A DNA stretch of 64,000 nucleotides from positions 248,001 through 312,000 of the forward strand of contig RSEE01000045.1 of the NCBI GenBank assembly GCA_003971905.1, written 5' to 3'. Position numbers and translations under genes: made by a program. Shown here piece after piece: positions 13,077 to 30,564 of this stretch. This stretch comes from Moniliella sp. 'wahieum'. Its lineage: Eukaryota. The notes beneath the pieces were generated by a model. That model was not told where the DNA came from. It worked only from the letters and a program-made list of their open reading frames with translations, and searched no databases. How positions within the stretch are numbered: position 1 is the first letter of the stretch; each line of letters begins with the position of its first letter.

Positions 13077-16000
13077 ATGCCCAGTGCCATCCCTCGACGC
13101 GACCCAGCGCCCCATGCCCCCCCCGCCGCCCCCGCCCAGGCACACATTCGCCGCGCCCCCGGCCTTCGTGAGCAGCTTGATCCATTCCATTGGCCTGTTC
13201 CTGGTCAGGGTCATTCCTGGGATTCTTCTGCCATGATGGATGAGCCCACCAACTCCAAGGACCAGGACCAGGGGCCGTGGCACTGCTTCCGTGTCTACTT
13301 TGTACGCTGGCTGATTGGTGTCGTTATCTTCACCGGCAACATATCCCAGCTACTTGCTGCTCTCATCGCCCCCGTCTCGACGCTACTCGTCATCCCAGCC
13401 CTCTCCCAGCCATGGTTTCGCTCCGCCATGGCACTCACTCGGAAGTACCCGACACTGCCGTCAATTTGGTCCTGTCAGCGATTAACCTGTTCACCAACAC
13501 CCTTGCCAACGCGTTTCTTCTCGTCCGTTTTTCTGTCATTGATCGCCACATTTGGAAGATTGCCATCCGCATCTCCCTCTTCTTGTGGATAGTGAATCTG
13601 GGCTTTGCGCTTGCCAACTTAGCCGTCTTCTCCGGTGGATCTTACGCAATAGGGACAAGTACGAGTTCATGGAAGGGTATGCGTATTCATCCCCCTTTTG
13701 CCTCATTCATTTGCAAACTAATCATCCCTCACCAGATTCTGGTGCGCAGTATTCTCCTGCATCGCTGCAGGGGCCGTGACGCTCCTACTTCTTTTTCATT
13801 ATACGGTTCGCTTTGGACTGATGGCATATCAAATTCGCCAAGAAGCGGTTCGTGTTAGCGAAGCGGCTGCCGCCAACGGTGTCGAACCACATGCTCATGC
13901 AAATTCATTCGCACCAGGCACTACTCATGACCCTCAGGTCAATCCCGGAACACATCATGCCCATTATATACGGCTGCACCACAAGCGCCTCATCCAGCGA
14001 CAAGCGATGGAAAAATGGGAGCTCCAACAGCGTGAGCGGGATACCCGTCTGTCGACCGAGGGACGGACCTTCCTTGTCTCTCAGGCGGCCTTGTTTTTTT
14101 CGCTGGGGATATTTGGCTTCATGTTCAGTCGCCTCGAGCATTGGACTTTCTATAATGGCGTCTACTTTTTTCTCGCCGCCACGCTCACAGTTGGGTATGG
14201 CAACCCGGATCCGACCCAAGCAGCGTCCAAAGTACTGCTTACCATCCGTCCTCATTTCGACCATGTTACTGTACAACCAAATCGGTACCATTGTTGGTGT
14301 TCTCGACCGGTTGCGCAGCAATCGGCAAATGAAGTGGCGACAAGCGTTTGAGCTGCGAGTTGAGCGGGACCAAGACAAAATCATTCACAAGATCATGGAA
14401 GGGGCTTCCGTTCCAGAGCTGCCGGAACCGACGCCACCAGCCCCTGATTTGCATTTCTTTCGTTGGTGCCAATCCTTGTATGATCACTGGAGTCATCATA
14501 GCGACGACCCGATCCAAGCGGAAAAGTCGATCTCCTCGTCCCAACCCACCTCTTCTGGAAAACCTGGGCGTGGCACGAATTCTGGGCTAACCATGGGGCG
14601 AACCCTGTCCATTTTCCATCCCGCTTTGCCAGATGAGTGGCCACCAAGCCCACAGGAGGAGGGTTGATGCAGCGCGAGATTCGCCATCTCAACGCTCTTA
14701 CTGACCGAGAAATGCCGAACTGGCTTCAACTGACTTGGCGTTCAGCGTTATGCTCATGGCTTCCTTTCTCGTTATTGGAGCTGGTATCTTTACAACTGAG
14801 AATTGGTCGTTTGGGAATGCGCTTTACTTTTCGTAATATCTGTTTTGACCCTTGGCTTTGGCGACTTTGCTCCCAACTCGGCGGCCGGGAGGGTGGTTTG
14901 GTTCATCTATGCGCTAACAGCCGTCCCGATTGTCACCTCGTTTGTTGTCCAGACTGTGGCCAATCTGGTGCATTCTGCTGCGCAACGGTTTTCGGCTGCC
15001 CAGCATTTGAAAATGGTCCAAGTTATGCGCCAAGCAAACGGCTTGCCCCCCCCCCCACCCCAGTCGCTAGCCAAGGCACCCTCCTTAACCGTTTTCACCA
15101 TCAACTCAACCACGAGTTTGAGCGCTTGTTCGGTGAGCGTGATTTCACAGTGGTACATGACCCGGACTATGAAGAAGATGATTCCCCTCCTGATGATCCC
15201 GGCCCTGACCAAGATCAACCACCTCGTCCTCAGTCAGAGAAGCCCGATGGACTCCCTGAGTTGGACGACGTCGTGCCAAATTATGAGACCAATCATCCTG
15301 TCCACACCACTCATGTTTCGTCGGGTTCCACGGCATCCGATTCAGGCACCCTTGATGGGGAACCTTCGCGCCGCCCCACTCTAAACGCAAGGATTGGGAA
15401 CTTCCAAGCATTCCCTCCCCCATAGTTCCTCCTCCCAGCGACCTTCCCTCATCTCCCCCTCCGCCTAGCGCGCCTGCGGCGATCGGTCCCGGGCAGCTGG
15501 AGTTCGACTCGTTGGAACGATTGATCTATTCCCAGCACATGCGTTGGATGACATGATGGATACATTGTATGCCATGGACGGTATGGTGCGAACATCCTCT
15601 TGCGCACCCTTCCTCATGGCGGGGAGGCTTGGACCGTGCTCCGAGCCGACATGATCCTCTATCGCCGTACGATCAATATTTGGACCAAGTAGCAAAGCGC
15701 GTGCATGAGGGCAAATTCACCGAGGTCCCCAAACCTGTTCCTGAAAAGCGAGAGTATGCGTCGCCATCCAACCAGGCGCTGAAGATGTTTTCAGACCCTT
15801 CGGCTGGTCTGTTTACACCGGAAGTGGTGTCTAACCCGGCCAAAGCGGCGGGGGTTGCCGTCTCACGATACGGCTCGCAGGCAGAGTCCAAGTTGGCTCA
15901 GATTCGCAATCGGATGGCGCTCCTGATTCCTGCGCACGTTGCGACCGAAGGCGAACGACGATGGGCCATATCCACCGCTTCCGCGAGGCGACGGCCCGTT

Positions 16001-16334
16001 TGGCTGTGTTTGGCGAGGAACTGGACCGAGTGACCGAGGCTGAGGCCACTCTCCTGGCCGAGGCGCGGGCACGCATGTCTTTCTCCGTAGTCAGAACCAA
16101 GATGCCGAGGCAGTAGGACGCCATGCCACAGCTGCGCCCGGAGTGGCCACAAGCCAAGAATTGCCCCCTGATCTTGTGCAGCGCGAGCAGGAGAACATGC
16201 ATCACACTTACCATGAAATCCGCCGGCGCCATACTTCTTTCACCGGCGCGATCCCCCTGCTTTCCCGCGGCGCCACTCTATGGATTTGTTGGAACATCCT
16301 CTCGAGCCATCGCCTGCTCCCCGTAATAGGGTGA
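13077..16334 (+). CDS. TOK1: TOK-type two-pore-domain outward-rectifier K+ channel
   Basis: Several N-terminal TM helices, then P1 (WTFYNGVYFFLAATLTVGYGN) and P2 (FVISVLTLGFGDFAP) pore loops and a long cytosolic C-terminus. Confidence 0.85.
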
Positions 16335-16899
16335 GGGAGTAGAGGGCGCCGCCGCTCTCCCGAGACGTTGATTCAGTGCTAGAATGGTTGGTGCTGACCT
16401 CTCTAGCTTTGATGGCGAACCCTTTATTTATCCTTGCGCCACCTCTTTGTTGTTCAGTCTATGTTTCCCTTCGCATCTGTTGGACGCTACCAGCGATCTA
16501 CACGTCTCCATGGTCTATCATTCTTGTTGCATGTGCCGCCCCGTCTTGTCTATATCGCGTTGCTCCACTGTTAGGTAGTACTATGGCCGACAGATATCAT
16601 ATGTGTTTTTGTCTCGCCCCGTACCCGGTTCCTGCTGTGAAAGCCTGGGCAAACATGTGAGCTATTAAGAGTCCTAGCGCCGGCGTCATGCAAGAGCCAT
16701 GTATGCCGGCACATGTGCAAATCCATTGACATAATCCACGTTCCCGGTAGCGACAAGTTCGGCAGTCCAGCTACACTGTGTACAACGACAATCAATGAAT
16801 GACGTCCACCATTCCGACTCTGTGGCTCTAACTATAAAATGTAGCAGTAAGGATAAGGGTTTTCGGAGCAAAAGCTCAGATGGGCAATGGGATTGAACG

Positions 16900-19800
16900 G
16901 ACGCGAAAGAGTCATTTGCTGCAGGTGCCTCAAGCCTCGAGCTTGACCGACGAAGCTCAAAACACGCCCACGTGTAGCCGAGCGAGCCGTACGATGGCCG
17001 CCGGATGCTCCGCGTTGCGTACGCCCTGAGCGCGTGCCGGCGACCATTCGTGACCAATCGCATGGACCCGAGACCATCGGCCTCGGACGAAGCGTAATGA
17101 ACCAAGGTAGGCTCGGTGCTCGCGTCGCCTCCCGACTCGGTCGTGGTTCGTCTTGCCCTCCCCGCTGGGCGCCAAGGCCAAAGGCGTCTTTTCCAGCGTC
17201 CACTCTTGCCTCGTGCGGATCTCTGGAGGAGGGGGAGGCACTCCAGGTCGTGGTTTGGGCTTGGGGGTGTACATGGCTCCTTGCCCGCTTGAGTCAGTTG
17301 GAAATCACTGAGGGTGCGATCAAACAGCCCGTGTTGGACCGTCATAACGAGAGCCCGGCCCCCAGGACGAAGGGTACGCAGGAGCGAGGGCAACAAGTCC
17401 TTGTAAAACTTTCGCAATTGGGACGCACTCATCGTCTTTTGGCCCATGGCAGTTCCGTTAGCACCGCATCCACCCCGTCGTCTGTGTCCTCGGCCAAGCC
17501 AAGCCACGAGCGGAAGGTCGCGTCGTCGGTTGCATCCACCACCTTGGTCGCAAGGGCTCTGAACCTCGTCCCCTCCCAGCACGTAAGAGCAGATCCGTGG
17601 CCATCGTTACCGCATGGGGATCCACGTCGCTAGCGTACAGTGCGCAGGAGTTTTGGTCGCTCTCAAAGCTCGCGCAGCTCGGCTGGAATCCTGCCCCAGC
17701 CCACACAAGGCTCGAGTATTTTGGACGGCTGCTCAACCGGAAGGCAGACCAGCGAGGAGAGTGTGTAGGCACGATCCGGCCGGAGAAGGGTTCCTCCGCC
17801 AAAGGTATCGGGCGGCAAGGTGGGACGGCCAGGAGTGTTGGAGGGGTAAGGCAACTGAATCGTAGCGAATATGGTCCCAGGGGGAGGATCTGCGGACGCA
17901 GTCTCATCAATTGGCTCGGCAGCTAAGCGGCGAAGCTCGTCAGCTTGGTCAGATGTCCACTGTTCCGGCATTTGGAGCCAAGAAGGGACGAGGCGAAGCG
18001 CGACCGTCATCTGGGCGGTGCGTAGGTTGACGGGCCAGGTCACTTCAGGGTCGCTTGGCAAGCGAACCATTGAGCCAAGTCCACACTGTCTCCCCCAGAA
18101 AAGGCTCTACCTCTGCCGGTTGAGCGAGGGAAGCATTACCCCCCACGGTCGAAGGATACCTTGAAAGAAGTGCCCTGACCTGCCATGGCCTTGGGCTTGC
18201 TCGTCTCCACCTTCTGCCCATCCCGAGCAAGACGGGCGTCGTTCCAGATCTCCAACGCATCATCTCTCTCCCTCGGCTTCCGCGCTGTTCCAACGTCCCG
18301 CATCTTTGAAGAAGAGCACCCTCAGACACCGGCAGGCCTTTGAGGTCCTCCTCAATGGACTCGACTTGCGCTGGGCCGAGCAAAGATGGGCGGTCTTGCA
18401 CATTCACGTCGTGCAGCCACCGACAATTTCCATTAGGGTAGGCGTCGCCTTCTGTTTCGTTGCAGGGTTTTGCGCTTGCCGCCACTGGCCCCCTCTTCCC
18501 AAAGCATGACGCTCGTCAAGAGAGCGCGTGCCATCACGCGTGGAAGCTCCGCTTGGTGCAGGACGAGGTGGGCTTGGTCCGCACTGCGTAGCTTCCGTCC
18601 AGCCAGGCACGAAGGAGGAGGGTGGCCGCCTCTCCCCCCGATACTAAGACCTGGCCCGAATGCAGGAACGCTACCGTGTCCCACCGCTGTGGGGGGGAAG
18701 AACGGGGTCAGCCTCGTATTTGGTTCGGTAGGCCTGCAGCACACGCCGGACACCCACTTCGGCCACGTCTTCCAGCCCTTCAAACACCCCCAGGGCCAGA
18801 TCCATAGAACAAGGGAAGTTCAGCGGCTAGGAGGCTAGGAGGGTCGTTCTCAAGTTGGAGGAGCGGACGGGCCACGAGCCGAGTCCAGCCGGGTCCCGTC
18901 CGGAGTTGGCTTAACACCCCAATTTCCTCCCTTTGGGTACCCGTAATGCCCTCAGCGGCAAGAGGATCCAGGTAAGTGCGCATCATCTCGTCCCGCTGGT
19001 CGGACGGGGTAGCGATGTCCTTGGTAGGTTGGCCAACGATATGGCGTTGTGGGGCAGGGACTTGTTCGTCATCGGGGACTTGGAAAAATACAGAGTGGTC
19101 TTCCCCCTTTTGAGCAGCGGCTTGCCTAGTTTCCCTTGCGCGAAGGATCTGGTCGTGCCAGTCGTCCTCGGCCCACCAGGGGAACGAGTCTTCAAAGGAC
19201 CATTGATCCGTTTCGTACTTGAATGCATGGAGGAAGATAAACAGACTCTCGGGATCCGGGTCCGGCAAAAGGGGTACTTTGCACTCTGGACACAGGCCTT
19301 TGAGCTCGTCATTCTTAACCCGATCCATAAACCGGTTGTCCGACATGTGGAACCCAAGTTGGGCAAGAATCTCTTCCCTCGTCTCTGTGGCATCACTCGG
19401 GATGGCCGAGAGGGCATTGACGCCAGGCAGATGAGCAGGGACTTCATGTCCGTTCTCTTGCAGTAACCGACCAAAGATCACCTCATCTTTCCACCGCGCC
19501 CAATCCTCCGTTCCATCGCGCTGCTTCTTGACCGCGGCAATCACCGCATCAACCGCCGCTGAGCCGGTCGAACCCGTCCCACCAGCCTGCAGCGCCAAGG
19601 AAGGGTCCACATTTTCCTCCCCCATCTTTTGGGCCGGCTGTTCCGCCCAGATCGCGTGCCCATAGACGGGGTCATTAGCAATGGGGTGCCCGAGAAACTG
19701 GCAATGAACACGGATCTGGTGTGTGCGCCCCGTGACGGGTTGGCAGCGCACAACACTCGTATCCGTAGAGGCGTGGTACGAGACGCGCTCAAAAATTGTC

Positions 19801-20542
19801 TCGCACGTCTTCCCAACGGGTGAACGATGTTAACGCCGCTCTGAGCATCAACAGGAAGGATGGGCTCGGTGCAGACGATGCGCTCGGCAGGGAACTCGCC
19901 TCGGACACGGGCCACGTAGAATTTGCGCACCCTACTCTGTTTAAAATCGCTTGCAAGCTCCTTGGCCGCTTGGGGGGTAGTGGAGAGAACCATGACACCA
20001 CTAGTGAGCCGATCCAGACGGTTGGCCGTGTACACCTTGGGCAAGCCAAGCTGGTGACGCAGCATCTCAATCAACGTCGAGTGGTGGTACCGCCCCGCCG
20101 AGTGAACGGGGATGGAGCCGGGCTTGACGACCACCAGACGGCCCTCTGCGTCATTGCGATACAGGATGCGGATGGGGGCAGCGGTGACGGGGGGTTCGTG
20201 GCGGGGACGCGGTTGACGAGACGGTCGTTGCCGTGGATGATGTGGCGGGGGCCTGCCTTCTGGCCATTGACGGTGCAGATGCGCGTGGATGGCCCAGAGG
20301 TAGTATTCCTTGGTGCGGTCGCGGAACTCGTTGGTGTACACCTCGAGCAGTTCGCGGCCGATCCAGCGGGCCTTGGCATGCGTCGCGTAGTCGTGCCAGT
20401 AGGGCACGATCTTCAGCAGCTGGAGCCCCAGCGCGGCGGGACTGTCGGAGGCGGGCGGAGGGGCGGCATGGCTGGGTGCCAAGTCCGGTGGGGCGGGGGA
20501 AGTCCGGCGGTGTGCTTCGGCTACGCGGGCGGCTGCGGCCAT
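16900..20542 (-). CDS. RluA-family (Pus9/Rib2/RPUSD2-like) pseudouridine synthase apparently fused to a THUMP domain and a class I m2G RNA methyltransferase (THUMPD2/3, Trm14-like)
   Basis: Psi synthase: HAKARWIGRELLEVY, HEPPVT, KPGSIPVHSAGRY, NRLDRLTSG (~19998-20024), TGRTHQIRVH, GHPIANDPVYG, IFLHAFKY. Downstream: GLEDVAEV, KLRSADQAHLVL, FKVSFDRGG, WPVNL, FGGGTLLRPDRAY, ILEPCVGWGRIPAE, ASDVD, VDAVLTELPW, LRPGGRALVMT. Confidence 0.85.
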
Positions 20543-21609
20543 GCTGGACACGTCGCTTGTGGTGGGCAAGGCAGGACGCAGCCCAACCAAGTGTAGCCTG
20601 CTGTCGGGTGCGCGGAATTCGTCCTTGGAAAAAAAATAGTTGCGCCGCGGCGGAATGGGTGTGGGCGACCGGGCGGAAGCATTGGGACTCACCGAGTCGG
20701 GCTGATCAGCCAGGCCTCATTTGCTTGCCTCCATGTCTGCTCCTATCTTCGCCAAGGACGCGGCAACCGAAGAGCGCGTGAGAATGCGCGCCTTTCCAGC
20801 TTTGTCAGAGCAACTGCCATGGGGGTATGGTCATGGCAGCGCTTGGTCGCAAGGGAATGAACAAGATGCTCCAGTCCATCTGCTGTAACTACAAACAACG
20901 ACATGTTGGTATCAACGATGGCCGCTGCCATTCTCCGCTCCATCCACATTGGCAATGCTGCTGCAGGGATCCTCGTTAACATTTCCAAGGCCCAGGATGA
21001 CGAGGTGGGCGGTGGAAAACCCCGTGTGCATTTTGGCTTTGTAACAGCTGCGGGTGGAGAGAGTACCGTGTGGAGCGCCGCATCCACCCTCGGATGATGT
21101 GTGGACAGCAGCTAAGTCGCATCGCCTCCACATGCCAACTTCATGCCCTGACCCAAGGCCATGTGCACGACCAACCATCTTCCGAAGAGATTTTCTGCTA
21201 TCAAGGTGGAGCGGGGGTCAAGGCAGATGGGAGGGACTGGTTGGCAACCGCCCACTCATGTGCGATTACAAGATGGGATGGACTGGGAGGATTGCAAGGG
21301 GATGGGATGGGATTGGGTGGGAGGAAATGCAACGGGGGTGGGACGGCAAGCGATCGCCGCGCGCAGTGGGTGCTTCTATCAGGACCTCGTAGCGGCGCAT
21401 TGGATATTGCTGCGGCGGGAAATGAAAGTTGCAGCTTCTTGGTTGGGCGTGGCTGGGGCAGGAGGGTTTGGGATGGGGCTGGCCACTACGTACTGCATAT
21501 CCGCCGCCGGCCTTGGCGCCGCCCATCCCTTCTTCTCGCCGCGCCGACCCTGCTCTCTGATCTCCACCCGGCCCTCCCGGCCCCCACCGCGCCGACACCT
21601 GCTCCAGCC

Positions 21610-23533
21610 ATGCGAAGCCGCGGCAGCACCCTCGAGACCCCACCGCCGCGCCTGTCGACCTTTTCGTCGACACCCGCGACGCGCGCATCGTCGAGGAAGA
21701 GGAGGAGGAGGCCGAGTCGGCCTCCTTGGGCACCAGTGACAGCCTTTTTTCTTCTCCCGCGACGGTCGCGACATATACCTTCCGTACCATGTCGAGAATG
21801 TGTCGCACATTGCGATTGATGTGGGTGGATCGTTGGCCAAGGTCGTCTATTTTACCACACCCTCCCCCGCCCCTCGCCCAGCCAGCCCTCCCTGCCCCAG
21901 CCCGTGCCCTCCACATCCACAGCTACAGCCACAGCCACAGCCACCTCCACACCCACCGCCGTGCCACAGGGCGCTGTTCTTCCGTCCCCCCTCGCAGTCG
22001 ACAGGCCAGCCCCCACTCCAAAGCAGTCGAGTCGTTATCCGGAAGCGCATCCTTGTCTCACCCCGCCCCGACCTGTCCAACGACGATCCCACTGCTCCTT
22101 CGAACCCCAAGCGCCTCGCCCGGGCCTGAAACGGCGAGCCAGCCGGAGCCTCTATGGACCTCTCCCTCTTGCGGAGGAGGAGCTTACCCGCCCCCCTCCG
22201 GGTGGACGGCTTAACTTTATCAAGTTTGAGACCGACAGGATCGATGAGTGCATTGCCTTTCTGAATGACCTGCTGGAGCGCTCAGCACAGGCCCATCACA
22301 TTCCCGTTGAGCAAATGCGGAACGGAGTGCGCCTAATGGCCACAGGGGTGGGGCTCATAAATTTGAGCACCTGTTCCACAACGTCTTGGTGTCGAAGTGT
22401 GCAAGGCGGACGAGATGGCGTGCCTGATCACTGGCTTGAACTTCATCACGCTCATCCGGATGAGGTCTACTGGTACTCGGACGAGCTCGTCTCCGCCTCC
22501 ATGCACCCCATCCACGCCCACGCTCACAGGGGAACATTCCTCTGCCTCGGGGCAGCAGCCGATGCCGGCGCTCGTCCCCCCCCGCCGGTACAGGATCCGT
22601 TGCCGCGTCCGTCGGCCAACCCCCCCTTGTACAAGCCTGTGTTCGATTCGCACCCATCGCCCAAACTGCCCTGCTTGCTGGTCAACATTGGCTCTGGCGT
22701 GAGTATCATCAAGGTGGATGATCACGGCAAGTTTGAGCGGGTGTCGGGCACGTCGTTGGGGGGAGGAAACGCTGTGGGGTCTGCTCAGCCTTTTGACCGA
22801 TGCGCAAGACTTTGACGAGATGCTCGCCCTGTCGGAAAAGGGAGACAATGCTAATGTCGACATGATGGTGGGCGATATTTATGGCAACGTGGGTACAATG
22901 CGTTGGACTCAATCCACCACGATTGCTTCCTCCTTTGGTAAAGTCTTTCGTAAAGAAACCGACCCTCCACCCCTGCCTGCCTCCACTGCGGGCTCGCCTG
23001 CGCCCTTGGCAGAACGAAGGAGGCGCCGTTTTGCCCAGGAGGATATTTGCCTGTCCTTGCTCTACCATCTCCAACAACATTGGCCAGATTGCGTACGTTA
23101 CCTGACCTGCCTCTTGCCTCTGCCTCTCCCATTCCCAAATATAAGCGCTTGATGATTAACCCGGATCGATGCTGCAGGTACATGAATGCCGAGAAGTACG
23201 AGCTGGACCGGATTTACTTGGCGGGTACTTTATTCGTGCCCACATGAGCACCATCTCTACCTTATCGTACGCCATTCGTTTCTGGTCCAAGGGCACCAAG
23301 CGAGCCCTCTTCCTTCGTCACGAGGCTACTTGGGCGCGGTGGGCGCTTGGATCGCCAAGCCCGAGCAGGCCGGGGCTAGTCCTGCGGCTCCAGCGCGGGG
23401 ACCGGACGAACTAGCCCAGGCAACTGCCCTGCTCAGCCTTCAAAACGAGACTCGCCTCCGTCTTAAGCCAGGCCCGAAGGCTTACCGTGAAACCAACCCT
23501 CCCGCTGCCTATCTTCGCTTCGCCGCTCATTAA
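21610..23533 (+). CDS. CAB1: Type II pantothenate kinase (fumble family)
   Basis: [94 protein letters not shown]. Intron ~23093-23177. Confidence 0.95.
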
Positions 23534-23876
23534 TGTTGCGCCCCTTCTCTGTGTTGCACACTTGCCAATGGAACCTTTGTGACGAGCCTGATGACCGGGT
23601 CTGATCGATCAGGTGCCGTGATCGGCACTGAGTACATGTATGATGACCAGCACCTAGCTGCTAGCTTACCCTCTTGTTTCGTCATGTCCATTTTTCAAAC
23701 CATATATGAATTGGGGAGTCACCTGCCCGCCGCTGCCCTTACCAAGAGATACTAGTTGATATGTTTTTCCTTTCTCTAGAGACCCAGTATGCACAGCTTG
23801 CCAGCATCTACATCGCCAGGACGAGAATGGTACAGAGGAGCTTCATTGACAATTAGTAGCCTCGTTTTTTTGTATC

Positions 23877-25165
23877 TTACTGCTCCGAAACAATGACCGA
23901 AGCCATGCCCATGCCCGTGCCAATGCACATGGAAGTGACAATCAGTTGGGCCTTCTCGCGCTTGGCCTCAGCAAGCGCCGTCGCGATTTGACGCGAGCCC
24001 GTGGCACCCAACGGGTGGCCCAATGCAATCGCACCACCGTTGGGGTTCACCTTTTCGTAGGGAAGACCAATCGTGTCAATGCTCATAATGGCCTGCGAAG
24101 CAAACGCCTCATTGATCTCGTAAATGTCAATGTCCTCCTTCTTGAGCCCGGTGAGCTCGAGGACACGGGATGGCAACGCCGGGCCAATGCCCATCACATT
24201 GGGAGGCACACCCACCACCGCGGCAGTCACAAACTTGCCCAGAATGGGAAGACCCAGCTTCTTGGCCACACTCCGGCGCGCCAACAGCACCGCCGCAGCG
24301 CCATCGGACACTTGCGACGCATTGCCCGCGTGAGTGGCACCGTTCTTGTCAAACGCCGGCTTGAGCTTCTTGAGGCCCTCGGCCGTGACACCTTCACGAA
24401 TGCCATCGTCGGCCGAGACGGTGCGTTGGTTGCCATCGTCGTCCTCATACGTGACCGGTACAATCTCCGACTCGAACTTGCCGGCCTTTTGGGCGGCGAA
24501 TGCCTTTTGCTGGCTCTTGGCCGCAAACTCGTCTTGCACCTCGCGCGAGACATTGTACTTTTTCGCCACATTTTCCGACGTGATGCCCATGGGCAAAAGA
24601 CAGTCGCTCGCCTGCTCATTCTCCAGCACTGCGTCCGACATCTTTTCCGGCATCACTCAGCGCCATAGTTCTGCGTCATCGACTCCACACCGGCGCCAAT
24701 GCCAATGTCAATCTGGCCCATGGCAATCTCGTTGGCAATCTGGTTGACCGTAGCCAGGCCGGACGAGCACTGGCGGTTGACCGTGTTGACGGCTACCGTG
24801 TCGGGGATGCCAGCCAGAGGGTAGCCATGCGAGCCACCGTGGCGCCACCGCCGGGGGCAGCACATTGCCCACTGCAACGTCCTGGATCAGTTTGGGGTCA
24901 ATGCCCGATTGCTTAATGACCGCCTTCAACACATTGCCCAGCATCTCCTCGGGGCAGGCCTGAGCCAGGCCGCCCTTCTTGGCGGGTAATGGCCGTGCGC
25001 AGGGCAGAGACAATGACGACTGCGGGGAAGGACACGACAAACACAGACACGAACACGAACACAAACGGTCAGTACCAGGAGCAGCGCGGCACGCGTGCGG
25101 GGACTACGCACCGTCGTCGTCGTTCTTGCGAGGATGGCAGTCTTTCCTTGGGGGATGGGCGACAT
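23877..25165 (-). CDS. POT1: 3-ketoacyl-CoA thiolase (peroxisomal type)
   Basis: VNRQCSSGL (catalytic Cys), GAGVESMT, MGITSENVA, NASQVSDGAAAV, EINEAFASQ, GGAIALGHPLGATG, SMCIGTGMG. Confidence 0.95.
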
Positions 25166-25534
25166 GGTGGGAAGTGGAGGAGGTGGGGTGGGGAGGGGCA
25201 AGGCGCGTGACAGCGTGGTTCTTAAAAGCACTGGCGCAGCCTCGCACGCCGCGGCCCAGCAGCCGGTCGGCGCATCACCCTCTGCGCATCACGCTTGGGT
25301 GCCCCATCTGATTCGCAGGCGAGCCACAGCGCCAGTGTGGCCGCCCCGTGCGGCGGCTGCTACGGCCGGCTTTGCCGGTTGCCGGTGCGCCTGCCTCCTG
25401 GGCCCGTTTCCGCAGCGCAGCCGGGTGGAAATCCCCCGCGCGGAATGGGGCGGAAGTACGCGGGGCACGCATTCCAGCGTAGCGCTGCCCACGCACACGC
25501 GGCTGCACGGCGCCCCCGGCCCGGCGCCAGCCGG

Positions 25535-25604
25535 ATGTGACGTCACATGCCCCAGCCCCCGGGCCGGGTGGCACGTGACAGTAGGACACGGTTCTGTCAC
25601 GTGC
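25535..25604. promoter_or_regulatory. Palindromic CRE-like site and paired E-boxes upstream of thiolase
   Basis: ATGTGACGTCACAT (25535-25548) and inverted pair GCACGTGACAG / CTGTCACGTGC (25571-25581 / 25594-25604). Confidence 0.5.
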
Positions 25605-25874
25605 GCCCGTTGGCCAAGTGCGATGCGATGTCCATGTGGGATGGATTGAACGTCATGTAAAGAGACTGAAACTGGAAGCCACTGCTGGAGAACCTCCCAC
25701 TCGTACCTGCCCATGGTCGCGTTTACTGGTTTACTGGCCATGCCTCCTCCCTGTTCGCTCGCCGCCCATCCTCCTCGCACCCGACGCAGACCAACGATGA
25801 TGAGCGCGAACCACATCCAATTAACTACTCCCTCCCCCTACACCGTCGCCACCCCAGTTACTTGCGTGCCAGCG

Positions 25875-30359
<4,485 letters not shown>

Positions 30360-30564
30360 GGCGGGCGCAGGATCGACACGGGGGGACACTTACTTGGGCT
30401 GGGCTGGCGCGGCGGCGCGTGGTGTCCCAGCGTGCGGCCCAGCAGCTCCGGTCTTGCCGTCGGTGGTCGCCACCGTCCCGCGCAGCCCATCCGCTCGCAG
30501 CGCCTTCGCCGGGTACGTCAGCTGTCTTCCGCCCGCGTGTTCCGCCGCCCCTGCTCAACATTGC

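Noticed and set aside
21271..21345. GGGAT(G) repeats as a G-quadruplex in the Psi-synthase/PanK promoter
   Set aside because: G/C-skewed tracts flank many 5' ends in this window, so it is not distinctive.
23588..23650. TGATGA/CTGA motifs and a GTGCCG-TGAT-CGGCAC hairpin after PanK
   Set aside because: Too short for a C/D snoRNA; more likely 3' UTR sequence.
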